Shown piece by piece: positions 1 through 9,700 of a DNA stretch of 64,000 nucleotides. The stretch comes from Squalus acanthias (Eukaryota): contig JASTWF010000365.1 of the NCBI GenBank assembly GCA_030390025.1, forward strand, positions 310,001 to 374,000, given 5' to 3'. The notes below the pieces were generated by a model, which saw nothing but the letters and a program-made list of their open reading frames with translations, ran no database searches and was not told the DNA's origin. Every line of letters starts with the position of its first letter. Position 1 is the first letter of the stretch. The position numbers were made by a program, and so were the translations under genes.

Positions 1-392
1 AGGGGCAGTACTGAGGGAGCGCCGCACTGTCGGAGGGGCAGTACTGAGGGAGTGCTGCACTGTCGGAGGTGCAGTACTGAGGGAGAGCCGCACTGTCGGA
101 GGGGCAGTACTGAGGGAGCGCCGCACTGTCGGAGGTGCCATCTTTAGGATGAGACATTAAGCCGAGGCCCCCATCTGCTCTCTCAGGTGGACGTAAAAGA
201 TCCCATGGCACTACTTCGAAGAGCAGGGGATTTATCCCTGGTGTCCTGGGGCCAATATTTATCCCTCAATCAACATCACTAAAGCAGACTATCTGGTCAT
301 TATCACATGCCTGTTTGTGGGAGCTTGCTGTGTGCAAGTTGGCTGCTGCGTTTCCCTACATTACAACAGTGACTACACTTCATTGGCTGTGA
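1..392 (+). mobile_element. DeuSINE/SacSINE1-like SINE copy 1 (3' part: end of 33-bp array, core and tail; head outside window)
   Basis: About 4 units of the 33-bp repeat, then the body shared with the other copies (GAGGCCCC..CTCTCAGGTGGACGTAAAAGATCCC..TTTATCCCTCAA..GGGAGCTTGCTGTG). Family name is from recalled similarity to elasmobranch DeuSINEs, not a search. Confidence 0.8.
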
Positions 393-1696
393 AGTACTTT
401 TTGAAGAGTGGCCACTGTTGTAATGTAGGAAACGCGGCCGCCAATTTGCGCACAGCAAGCTCCCACAAACAGCAACGTGGTAATGACCAGATTATTTATT
501 TATTTATTTTAAAATTTGTTTATGAGATGTGGACGTCGCTGGCAAGGCCCAGCATTTATTGCCCATCCCTAATTGCCCTTGAGAAGGTGGTGGTGAGCCG
601 CCTTCTTGAACGGCTGCAGTCCGTGTGGTGAAGGTGCTCCCACAGTGCTGTTAGGGAGGGAGTTCCAGGATTTTGACCCAGCGACGATGAAGGAACGGCC
701 GATATATTTCCAAGTCAGGATGGTGTGTGTGACTTGGAGGGGAACTTGCAGGTGGTGGTGTTCCCATGCGCCTGCTGCCCTTGTCCTTCTAGGTGGAAGA
801 GGTCGCGGGTTTGGGAGGTGCTGCCGAAGAAACCTTGGCGAGTTGCTGCAGTGCATCTTGTCGATGGTACACACTGCAGCCACGGTGCGCCGGTGGTGGA
901 GGGAGTGAATGTTTAAGGTGGCGAATGGGGTGCCCATCAAGCGGGCTGCTTTGTCCTGGATGGTGTCGAGCTTCTTGAGTGTTGTTGGAGCTGCACTCAT
1001 CCAGGCAAGTGGAGAGTATTCCATCACACTCCTTACTTGTGCTTTGTAGATGGTGGAAAGGCTTTGGGGAGTCAGGAGGTGAGACACTCATCGCAGAATA
1101 CCCAGCCTCTGACCTGCTCTTGTTGCCACAGTATTTATGTGGTATGTCCAGCTAAGTTTCTGGTCAATGGTGACCCCCAGGATGTTGATGGTGGGGGATT
1201 CGGTGATGGTAATGCCGTTGAATGTCAAGGGGAGGTGGTTAGACTCTCGTTTGTTGGAGATTGTCATTGCCTGGCACTTCTGTGACGCGAATGTTACCTG
1301 CCACTTATCAGCCCAAGCCTGAACATCGTCCAGGTCTTGTTGCATGCGGGCATGGACTGCTTCATTATCTGAGGAGTTGTGAATGGCGCTGAACACTGTG
1401 CAGTCATCAGCGAACATCTGTGTTTTTTAGTGATGTTGGTTGAGGGATAAATATTGGCCCCAGGACACCAGGGGAGGACTCCCCTGCTCTTCTTCCAATA
1501 GTGGCCATGGGATCTTTTACATTTACCTGAGAAGGCAGACGGGGCCTCGGTTTAACGTCTCATCCGAAAGACGGCACCTCCGACAGTGCAGCGCTCCCTC
1601 AGCATTGCACTGGAGTGTCAGCCTGGGTTATGTTCTGATGACCCACGACCTTCTGACTCAGAGGCGAGAGTGCTACCCACTGATCCACGACTGACG
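388..1696 (-). mobile_element. SINE copy 2, single-unit (unexpanded) form, split by a LINE (parts ~388-493 and ~1418-1696)
   Basis: Reverse complement of the SINE tail at 390-493 resumes at 1418 and runs to the tRNA-like head (AGTGCTACCCACTGATCCACGACTGAC, 1669-1695). Only one copy of the 33-bp segment (~1573-1612). Confidence 0.85.
494..1417 (-). mobile_element. 5'-truncated CR1-group (Zenon-like) LINE: RT C-terminus, 3' UTR and (TAAA)n-like tail
   Basis: ORFs 1088..1417 (FADD motif, QQDLDDVQAWADKWQVTF, LGVTID) and 569..1087 (YKAQVRSVMEY, LHHRR) are in frame and separated by one TGA (likely CGA>TGA). Clade assignment is inference. Confidence 0.85.
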
Positions 1697-1724
1697 CCTG
1701 TGAACTGTAAGGAAGAGTACTAGA

Positions 1725-2425
1725 GGCAACAATTCAGTATCGACCATTTTGGGGTGCGAACATCGCCTGGGTGCTATCTTAATTAGCGCCGGCGACCGCG
1801 AAATTGCGCTTTAGCGCCCCAAGGGGGAAGTGGAGGGCTAAATCAAGTGCTCCACTCCCTTCTTAGGGCGCGAACGTCAGAGAGCGGGGCGGAGACCAGC
1901 GGCGCTGCCCACTGTGCCGGGCAGCGCTGCCGCATTCAAAGGCTCCTTCCCTCACTTAAAGGGAAGAGCCATCGCTGCAGGCTCTGCAATAGAAGAAGTA
2001 CCGACCTGGAACACCAAGGCAGCCGCGATCCCGCGCCATCAGCCCGGCACTCAAGCAGAGCGCCGGGCTGATCGATGGCGGGCAGGAACCCGCGAGAAAA
2101 AACTAGAACAGGAGAGGGGAGTTTTTTTTCCCACTTACACCGCGCCCCCCAAAGCGACCGGCCGCACGGCGCACGCCTCCCGTGGCTGTCGGTGTTTTTG
2201 ACCGGCGCAGCCGCAGGGGGGGGGGGGCGGAAGTCGAATTCGGGTCCGGGGCGATGACATCGCGGTCTCCGGGCGAAGAAAATCGGGGCGCAACATCGTG
2301 GCGCCGCCGCAAAACTCGCTTCAATATGGCGGGAGTCGATGTCAGCGCCGCGCCTGGTCGCAAAGCCACTCGTGTCCCGTTAGTGCCCTCTGGAGCCGCC
2401 AAGGCAGCCAATTTCACCCTCCCCC
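1725..2425. repeat. CpG/GC-rich interspersed element, possibly a non-autonomous DNA transposon
   Basis: Very CpG-rich block with recurrent TTAGCGCC/GGGCTAAA/GGGCGCGAA motifs, ending in CAATTTCACCCT. No perfect TIR pair or TSD found and no protein similarity recognised. Confidence 0.35.
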
Positions 2426-2429
2426 CCTC

Positions 2430-2712
2430 CAAGGGTTTTCAGGAGGAGAGTGACGAGGAGAGCGGGCAGATTGGTGGCAGACGGAGTTCGCTGCAAAGAG
2501 ATGTGAATCAGCAACGTCTTGGGGACGTATCCTAAACGGTAATAATTTTGACAATGCTGAGGAGCATGTGATCCAGGCACGCCGATGATTCAAAGGTGAA
2601 AGTGCGGGTAGAAAAGGAAGATGGGATTCTGGGATTTACGCACAAACTTGTTGACTTTAACAACACGAGTTGATGTTAAATCTGTGCAAGACTTTGGTCA
2701 GGTCAGAGTTGT
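2430..2712 (+). mobile_element. Highly degraded CR1 LINE fragment
   Basis: Residual CR1 ORF2-like phrases (CTGCAAAGAGAT, GGGATTCTGGGATTT, TTGATGTTAAATCTGTGCAAGACTTTGGTCAGG). Confidence 0.4.
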
Positions 2713-2714
2713 AA

Positions 2715-3060
2715 CATCTACAAGATGCACTGCAGCAACTCGCCAAGGCTTCTTCGGCAGCACCTCCCAAACCCGCCACCTCTTCCACCTAGAAGGACAA
2801 GGGCAGCAGGCGCATGGGAACACCACCACCTCCAAGTTCCCCTCCAAGTCACACACCATCCTGACTTGGAAATATATCGGGCCGTTCCTTCATCAAAATC
2901 CCGGAACTCCCTCCCTAACAGCACTGTGGGAGCACCTTCACCACACGGACTGCAGCGGTTCAAGAAGGCGGCTCACCACCACCTTCTCAAGGGCATTTAA
3001 GGATGGGCAATAAATGCTGGCCTTGCCAGCAACGCCCACATCCCAGGAACGAATTTAAAA
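2715..3060 (+). mobile_element. 3' end of the same CR1/Zenon-like LINE family as 494-1417
   Basis: ORF 2725..3000 is near-identical to the C-terminus of 569..1087 (MHCSNSPR...KKAAHHHLLKG), followed by the same 3' UTR. Confidence 0.85.
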
Positions 3061-3126
3061 ATAGGCTATGTGCACTTGCGGCTCCCTATTACAGGGATTA
3101 TACCTTGGAGTGCATATCCAAGTACT

Positions 3127-3778
3127 TTTCAGCAAGCAATTAGGAAGGCAAATGGCATGTTGGCCTTTATTGCAAGGGGGTTGGAGTATAAGAGTAAGGA
3201 AGTCTTGCTTCAATTGTGCAGGGCTTTTGTGAGACCACATGAGTACTGTGCACAGTTTCGGTCTCCTTATCTGAGAAAGGATATACTTGCCTTGGAAGCG
3301 GTGCAACAAAGGTTCACTAGATTGATTCCTGGGATGAGATGGTTGTCCTATGAGGAGAGATTGAGTAGATTGGGTCTAGACTCTCTGGAGTTTAGAAGAA
3401 TGAGAGGTGATCTCATTGAAACATCCAAGATTCTGAGAGGGATTGACAGGGTAGATGCTGAGAGGTTGTTTCCCCCCTGGCTGGAGTGTCTAGCGGGCAT
3501 CGTCTCAGGATAAGGGATTTAAGAATGAAATGAGGAGGAATTTCTTCATTCAGAGGGCTGTGAATCTTTGGAATTCTCTACCCCAAAGGGTTGTGGATGC
3601 TGAATCATTGATTATATTCAAGACAAAGATCGATAGATTTCTGGACATTGAGGGAATCAAGGGATATGGTGGGAAAGTGGAGATGAGGTAGAAGATCAGC
3701 CATGATCTTATTGAATGGTGGAGCAGGCTCGAGGGGCCGTATGGCCGACTCCTGCTCCTAATTCTTATGTTGTTATGA
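3127..3778 (+). mobile_element. CR1 (HER1-like) LINE 3' fragment
   Basis: ORF 3070..3513 has KANGMLAFIARGLEYKSKEVLLQL, LEAVQQRFTRLIPG, SYEERLSRLGL and RRMRGDLIE; CR1 3' UTR (GGCTCGAGGGGCCG..CCTGCTCCTAATTCTTATG). Confidence 0.85.
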
Positions 3779-3984
3779 TACATCCTACGGAATAGGACAA
3801 CTAGGGTTGGGAAAGAAATTCCGGCCTATTCACATCCCAACAATAAACTAACCATAACTCCTAGTAAGCAAGGGTTAAATGGGCAATACCAATGCAAAAT
3901 ATAGAGAGTGGTTTCACCGGTTTTCTACATCACAAGATGTACTCGCAAGAAGTGCTACGCATGGACTATCTTCTTGGCTCTTGT

Positions 3985-4530
3985 TCCAGAAACGCCTCAA
4001 TTTTAACATTCTCATCCTTGTTTTCAAATCCCACCATGGCCTCCTCGCACCCTCCCAATCTCTGTAACCTCCTCCAGCCCCACAACCCTCCGAGATCTCT
4101 GCGCTCCTCCAATTCCGGCCTCTTGCGCACAACCTGATCTCCATCGCTCCACCATTGGCGGCCGTGCCTTCAGCTGCCTGGGCCCTGAGCTCTGGAATTC
4201 CCTCCCTAAACCTCTCTAACACCTTGGAGGGGGCAACATTTACTGGGCTTTGGGGAACCAGCAGGGGGGGAAGTGGGATTAATTGGATAGCTCAACCAAA
4301 GAGCCAGCACAGGCGCGATGGGCCAAGTGGCCTCCTCCTGCGCTGTATCATTCTGTGATTCGAAGTTGCTCCTTCATATCTACCTCTTTGACGCAGCTTT
4401 TGGTCGCCTGTCCTAATATCTCCTTATGTGGCTCGGTGTCAATTTATGTTTGATAGTCGCTCCTGTGATGCACCTTGGGCCGTTTTACTACCTTAAAGGT
4501 GCTATACAAATGCAGGTTGTTACTGTTGTC
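3985..4530 (+). mobile_element. L2-clade LINE 3' end, interrupted by a CR1-type tail fragment (~4225-4360)
   Basis: Frameshifted LNFNILILVFKS / LCNLLQPHNPPRSLRSSNSGLL, typical of the L2 ORF2 end; 3' tail AAAGGTGCTATACAAATGCAGGTTGTT resembles the SINE tail. Confidence 0.75.
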
Positions 4531-4550
4531 AACGTCCCTTTGCAACAGAG

Positions 4551-5368
4551 TGTCAGCTGTAGCTCAGTGGGTAGCACAGTCACCTCTGAGTCAGAAGGAC
4601 GTGGGTTTAATGCTCCATAAAACTTGAGCACAAAAATCCAGGCTGACACTCCAGCGCTGCACTGTCGGAGGGGCGGTACTGAGGGAGCTCCGCACTGTCG
4701 GAGGGGCAGTACTGAGGGAGCGCCGCACTGTCAGAGGGGCAGTACTGAGGGAGCTCCGCACTGTCGGAGGGGCAGTACTGAGGGAGCGCTGCACTGTCGG
4801 AGGGGCAGTACTGAGGGAGCGCTGCACTGTCGGAGGGGCTGTACTGAGGGAGCGTCGCACTGTCGGAGGGGCAGGACTGAGGGAGTGCTGCACTGTCGGA
4901 GGGGCAGTACTGAGGGAGCGCCGCACTGTCAGAGAGGCAGTACTGAGGGAGTGCTGCACTGTCGGAGGGGCAGTACTGAGGGAGCGCCGCACTGTCAGAG
5001 GGGCAGCACTGAGGGAACGCTGCACTGTCGGCGGGGCCGTCTTTCTGATGAGACATTAAACCGAGGCCCCGTCTGCCCTCTCAGGTGGACGTAAAAGATC
5101 CCACGACCACTATTTTGAAGAAGAGCAGGGGGGAGTTCTCCCCAGTGTCCTGGGGCCAATATTTATCCCTCAACCAACATCACCAATAAAGATTAATTTT
5201 GTCATTATCATATTGCTGCTTGTGGGAGCTTGCTGTGCGCAAATTGGTCGCCACGTTTCCGACATTACAACAGTGACTACACTCCAAAAGAAAAAGTACT
5301 TCATTGGCTGTAAAGCACTTTGGGGCACCCGGTGGTCGTGAAAGGCGCTATATAAATGCAAGTCTTTC
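4551..5368 (+). mobile_element. SINE copy 3, complete, with ~11 units of the 33-bp repeat (~4658-5036)
   Basis: tRNA-like head with A box (TAGCTCAGTGG) and degenerate B box, array, core, tail AAAGGCGCTATATAAATGCAAGTCTTTC. Imperfect flanking duplication CGTCCCTTTGCAACAG (4533-4548) / CGTCCCTCGCAACAG (5382-5396). Confidence 0.9.
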
Positions 5369-5408
5369 ACTCACGACTCACCGTCCCTCGCAACAGGAGA
5401 CCTGTTCT

Positions 5409-5528
5409 GGCCACGCCCCCCAACACCCAGCAGCCAATTAGAGCACAACTTGTTCCTGTTGTTCGCTGACTCTTGACCCAATCAGGGATTGAATAATTGG
5501 CCGGTGGGGATGGGATACGGGACTTTCC
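5409..5528. promoter_or_regulatory. Promoter/enhancer-like motif cluster: KLF/Sp box, three CCAAT boxes, canonical NF-kB site
   Basis: GGCCACGCCCCC 5409-5420; CCAAT 5434-5438 and 5478-5482; ATTGG 5496-5500; GGGACTTTCC 5519-5528. All lie in apparently non-repetitive DNA; function untested. Confidence 0.5.
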
Positions 5529-5848
5529 AAAGCTTGTTTGGCATCATGCTATTGCACATTTGCCAGTCAGCCATACCACGACTCCAACATCGTCTTTCAG
5601 TCTGCCACAGGTCGAACTTGTTTCACTGCTAATTGATATTAAATGCTAATATTATCTCAATGGTTTCAGGTTAAAAATGCAATCCTCCCTTTGTGCCAAG
5701 GGCTTCCACGTATCATCCTCAATTACCTCTTCCTCCTCTGTGGCAATTCCAAAATCCCCTCCAACCCTCCAGCATGTCAGCGCTGGCTCAGTAGGGAGCA
5801 GTCTCACCCCGGAGTTAGGTACTTCATGGGTTCAAGTCCAGAGACTAG

Positions 5849-6683
5849 GAACACAGGAACAGGAGGAGGCCATTCAGCCCCTCGAGCCTGTTACACAGGA
5901 ACAGGAGGAGCCCATTCAGCCCCTCGAGCCTGTTACACAGGAGCAGGAGGAGGCCCATTCAGTCCCTCGAGCCTGTTACACAGGAGCAGGAGGAGGCCCA
6001 TTCAGTCCCTCGAGCCTGTTACACAGGAACAGGAGGAGGCCCATTCAGCCCCTCGAGCCTGTTACCATAGGAACAGGAGGAGGCCCATTCAGCCCCTCGG
6101 GCCTGTTACACAGGAACAGGAGGAGGCCATTCAGCCCCTCGAGCCTGTTACACAGGAACAGGAGGAGGCCATTCAGTCCCTCGAGCCTGTTACACAGGAG
6201 CAGGAGGAGGCCATTCAGCCCCTCGAGCTGTTACACAGGAACAGGAGGAGGCCCATTCAGCCCCTCGAGCCTGTTACACAGGAATATGAGAAGACCATTC
6301 GGCCCCTCGTGTCTGTTCCGCCATTCAGTGAGATCATGGCTGATCTGTGACCTAACTCCATCTACCAGCCTTTGCCCAATATCCCTCAATACCTTTGGTT
6401 AACAGAAAGCTATCAATCTCAGATTTAAAATTAACCATTGACCCAGCATCAATTGCCATTTGTGAAAGAGAGTTCCAAACTTCTACCACCCTTTGTGTGT
6501 AGAAGTGTTTCCTAACTTCACTCCTGAAAGGTCTGGCTCTAATTTTTAGACTACGCCCCCTAGTCCTAGAATCCCCAACCAACGGAAATAGTTTCTCTCT
6601 GTCTACCATATCTGTTCCCCTTAATTTCTTCAAAACTTCGATCAGATCACCCCCTAAACCTTCTAAATTCCAGGGAATAGATT
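5849..6683 (-). mobile_element. 5'-truncated CR1 LINE inserted in the head of SINE copy 4; TSD AGACTAG
   Basis: ORF 6352..6633 (VDREKLFPL..RTRGRSLKIRARPFRSEVRKHFYTQRVVEVWNSL); AGACTAG at 5842-5848 and 6684-6690. Confidence 0.85.
5851..6320. repeat. 42-43-bp minisatellite (~11 copies) derived from the CR1 3' tail
   Basis: Unit ACACAGGAACAGGAGGAGGC(C)CATTCAGCCCCTCGAGCCTGTT; the last unit runs directly into the CR1 3' UTR (CCGCCATTCAGTGAGATCATGGCTGATCT). Confidence 0.9.
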
Positions 6684-6737
6684 AGACTAGAGCCCAAAGT
6701 CTAGGACTGACACTCCCGGTGCCAGTACCAAGGGATT

Positions 6738-9700
6738 GCTGCACTGTCGGAGGGGCAGTACTGAGGGAGCGCCGCACTGTCGGAGGGGCAGTACTGAGGG
6801 AGCGCCGCACTGTCGGAGGGGCAGTGCTGAAGGAGCGCCGCACTGTCGGAGGGGCAGTACTGAGGGAGCGCCGCACTGTCGGAGGGGCAGTACTGAGGGA
6901 GCACCGCACTGTAGGAGGGGCGGTACTGAGGGAGCGCCGCACTGTCGGATGGGCAGTACTGAGGGAGCGCCGCACTGTCGGAGGGGCAGTGCTGACGGAG
7001 CGCCGCACTGTCGGAGGGGCAGTGCTGAGGGAGCGCCGCACTGTCGGAGGGGCAGTACTGAGGGAGTGCCGCACTGTCGGAGGGGCAGTACTGAGGGAGT
7101 GCCGCACTGTCGGAGGGGCAGTACTGAGGGAGTGCTGCACTGTCGGAGGGGCAGTACTGAGGGAGTGCCACAATGTCGGAGGGGCAGTACTGAGGGAGCG
7201 CCGCACTGTCGGAGGGGCTGTACTGAGGGAGCGCCGCACTGTCGGAGGGGCAGTGCTGAAGGAGCGCCGCACTGTCGGAGGGGCAGTACTGAGGGAGCAC
7301 CGCACTGTCGGAGGGGCGGTACTGAGGGATGCCGCACAATCGGAGGGGCAGTGCTGAAGGAGCGCCGCACTGTCGGAGGGGCAGTACTGAGGGAGCGCCG
7401 CACTGTCGGAGGGGCAGTACTGAGGGAGCACCGCACTGTCGGAGGGGCGGTACTGAGGGAGCGCCGCACAATCGGAGGGGCAGTACTGAGGGAGCGCCGT
7501 ACTGTCGGAGGGGCAGTACTGAGGGAGCGCCGCACTGTCGGAGGGGCAGTACTGAGGGAGCGCCGCACTGTCGGAGGGGCAGTGCTGAAGGAGCGCCGCA
7601 CTGTCGGAGGGGCAGTACTGAGGGAGCGCCGCACTGTCGGAGGGGCAGTACTGAGGGAGCGCCGCACTGTCGGAGGGGCAGTGCTGAAGGAGCGCCGCAC
7701 TGTCGGAGGGGCAGTACTGAGGGAGCGCCGCACTGTCGGAGGGGCAGTACTGAGGGAGCGCCGCACTGTCGGAGGGGCAGTACTGAGGGAGCGCCGCACT
7801 GTGGGAGGGGCAGTACTGAGGGAGCGCCACACTGTCGGAGGGGCAGTACTGAGGGAGTGCCGCACTGTGGGAGGGGCAGTACTGAGGGAGCGCCGCACTG
7901 TCGGAGGGGCAGTACTGAGGGAGCGCCGCACTGTCGGAGGGGCAGTACCGAGGGAGCGCCGCACTGTCGGAGGGGCAGTACTGAGGGAGCGCCGCACTGT
8001 CGGAGGGGCAGTACTGAGGGAGCACCGCACTGTCGGAGGGGCAGTACTGAGGGAGCGCCGCACTGTCGGAGGGGCAGTGCTGAAGGAGCGCCGCACTGTC
8101 GGAGGGGCAGTACTGAGGGAGCGCCGCACTGTCGGAGGGGCAGTACTGAGGGAGCGCCGCACTGTCGGAGGGGCAGTGCTGAAGGAGCGCCGCACTGTCG
8201 GAGGGGCAGTACTGAGGGAGCGCCGCACTGTCGGAGGGGCAGTACTGAGGGAGCAGCGCACTGTCGGAGGGGCAGTACTAAGGTTGCGCCGCACTGTGGG
8301 AGTGGCAGTACTGAGGGAGCGCCGCACTGTCGGAACGGCAGTACTGAGGAAGTGCCGCACTGTGGGAGGGGCAGTACTGAGGGAGCACCGCACTGTTGGA
8401 GGAGCGGTACTGAGGGAGCGCCGCACTGTCGGAGGGGCAGTACTGAGGGAGCTCCGCACTGTCGGAGGGGCAGTACTGAGGGTGTGCCGCACTGGGGGAT
8501 GGGCAGTACTGAGGGAGCACCGCACTGTCGGAGGGGCGGTACTGAGGGAGCACCGCACTGTCGGAGGGGCAGTACTGAGGGAGCGCCGCACTGTCGGAGG
8601 GGCAGTACTGAGGGAGCGCCGCACTGTTGGAGGGGCAGTACTGAGGGAGCGCCGCACTGTCGGAGGGTCAGTACTGAGGGAGTGCCGCACTGTTGGAGGG
8701 GCAGTACTGAGGGAGCGCCGCACTGTCGGAGGGGCAGTACTGAGGGAGCGCCGCGCTGTCGGAGGGGCAGTACTGAGGGAGCGCTGTGCTGAGGGAGCGC
8801 TTAACTGTCGGAGGGGCAGTACTCAGGGAGCGCCGCACTGTCGGAGGGGCAGTACTGAGGGAGCGCCGCACTGTTGGAGGGGCAGTACTGAGGGAGCGCC
8901 GCACTGTCGGAGAGTCAGTACTGAGGGAACGCCGCACTGTCGGAGTGGCAGTACTGAGGGAGCGCCGCACTCTCGGAGGGGCAGTACTGAGGGAGCGCCA
9001 CACTGTCGGAGGGGCAGTACTGAGGGAGCGCCGCACTGTCGGAGGGGCAGTACTGAGGGAGCGCCGCACTGTCGGAGGGGCAGTACTGAGGGAGCGCCGC
9101 ACTGTCGGAGGGGCAGTGCTGAAGGAGCGCCGCACTGTCGGAGAGGCAGTACTGAGGGAGCGCCGCACTGTCGGAGGGGCATTACTGAGGGAGCGCCGCA
9201 CTGTCGGAGGGGCAGTGCTGCAGGAGCGCCGCACTGTCGGAGGGACAGTACTGAGGGAGCGCCGCACTGTCGGAGAGTCAGTACTGAGGGAACGCCGCAC
9301 TGTCGGAGGGGTAGTACTGCGGGAGCGCCGCGCTGTCGGAGGGGCAGTACTGAGGGAGCGCTGTGCTGAGGGAGCGCTGAACTGTCGGAGGGGCAGTACT
9401 CAGGGAGCGCCGCACTGTCGGAGGGGCGGTACTGAGGGAGCGCCGCACAATCGGAGGGGCAGTACTGAGGGAGCGCCGTACTGTCGGAGGGGCAGTACTG
9501 AGGGAGCGCCGCACTGTCGGAGGGGCAGTACTGAGGGAGCGCCGCACTGTCGGAGGGGCAGTGCTGAAGGAGCGCCGCACTGTCGGAGGGGCAGTACTGA
9601 GGGAGCGCCGCACTGTCGGAGGGGCAGTACTGAGGGAGCGCCGCACTGTCGGAGGGGCAGTGCTGAAGGAGCGCCGCACTGTCGGAGGGGCAGTACTGAG

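Noticed and set aside
5369..5382. Minus-strand splice donor GTGAGT next to the promoter-like island
   Set aside because: It lies in the ACTCACG-ACTCAC tail/TSD junction of SINE copy 3, so it is probably repeat-derived; no downstream exon was found.
5643..6402. 235-241-aa ORFs with EPVTQEQEEA repeats
   Set aside because: They translate the CR1-tail minisatellite and a SINE head.
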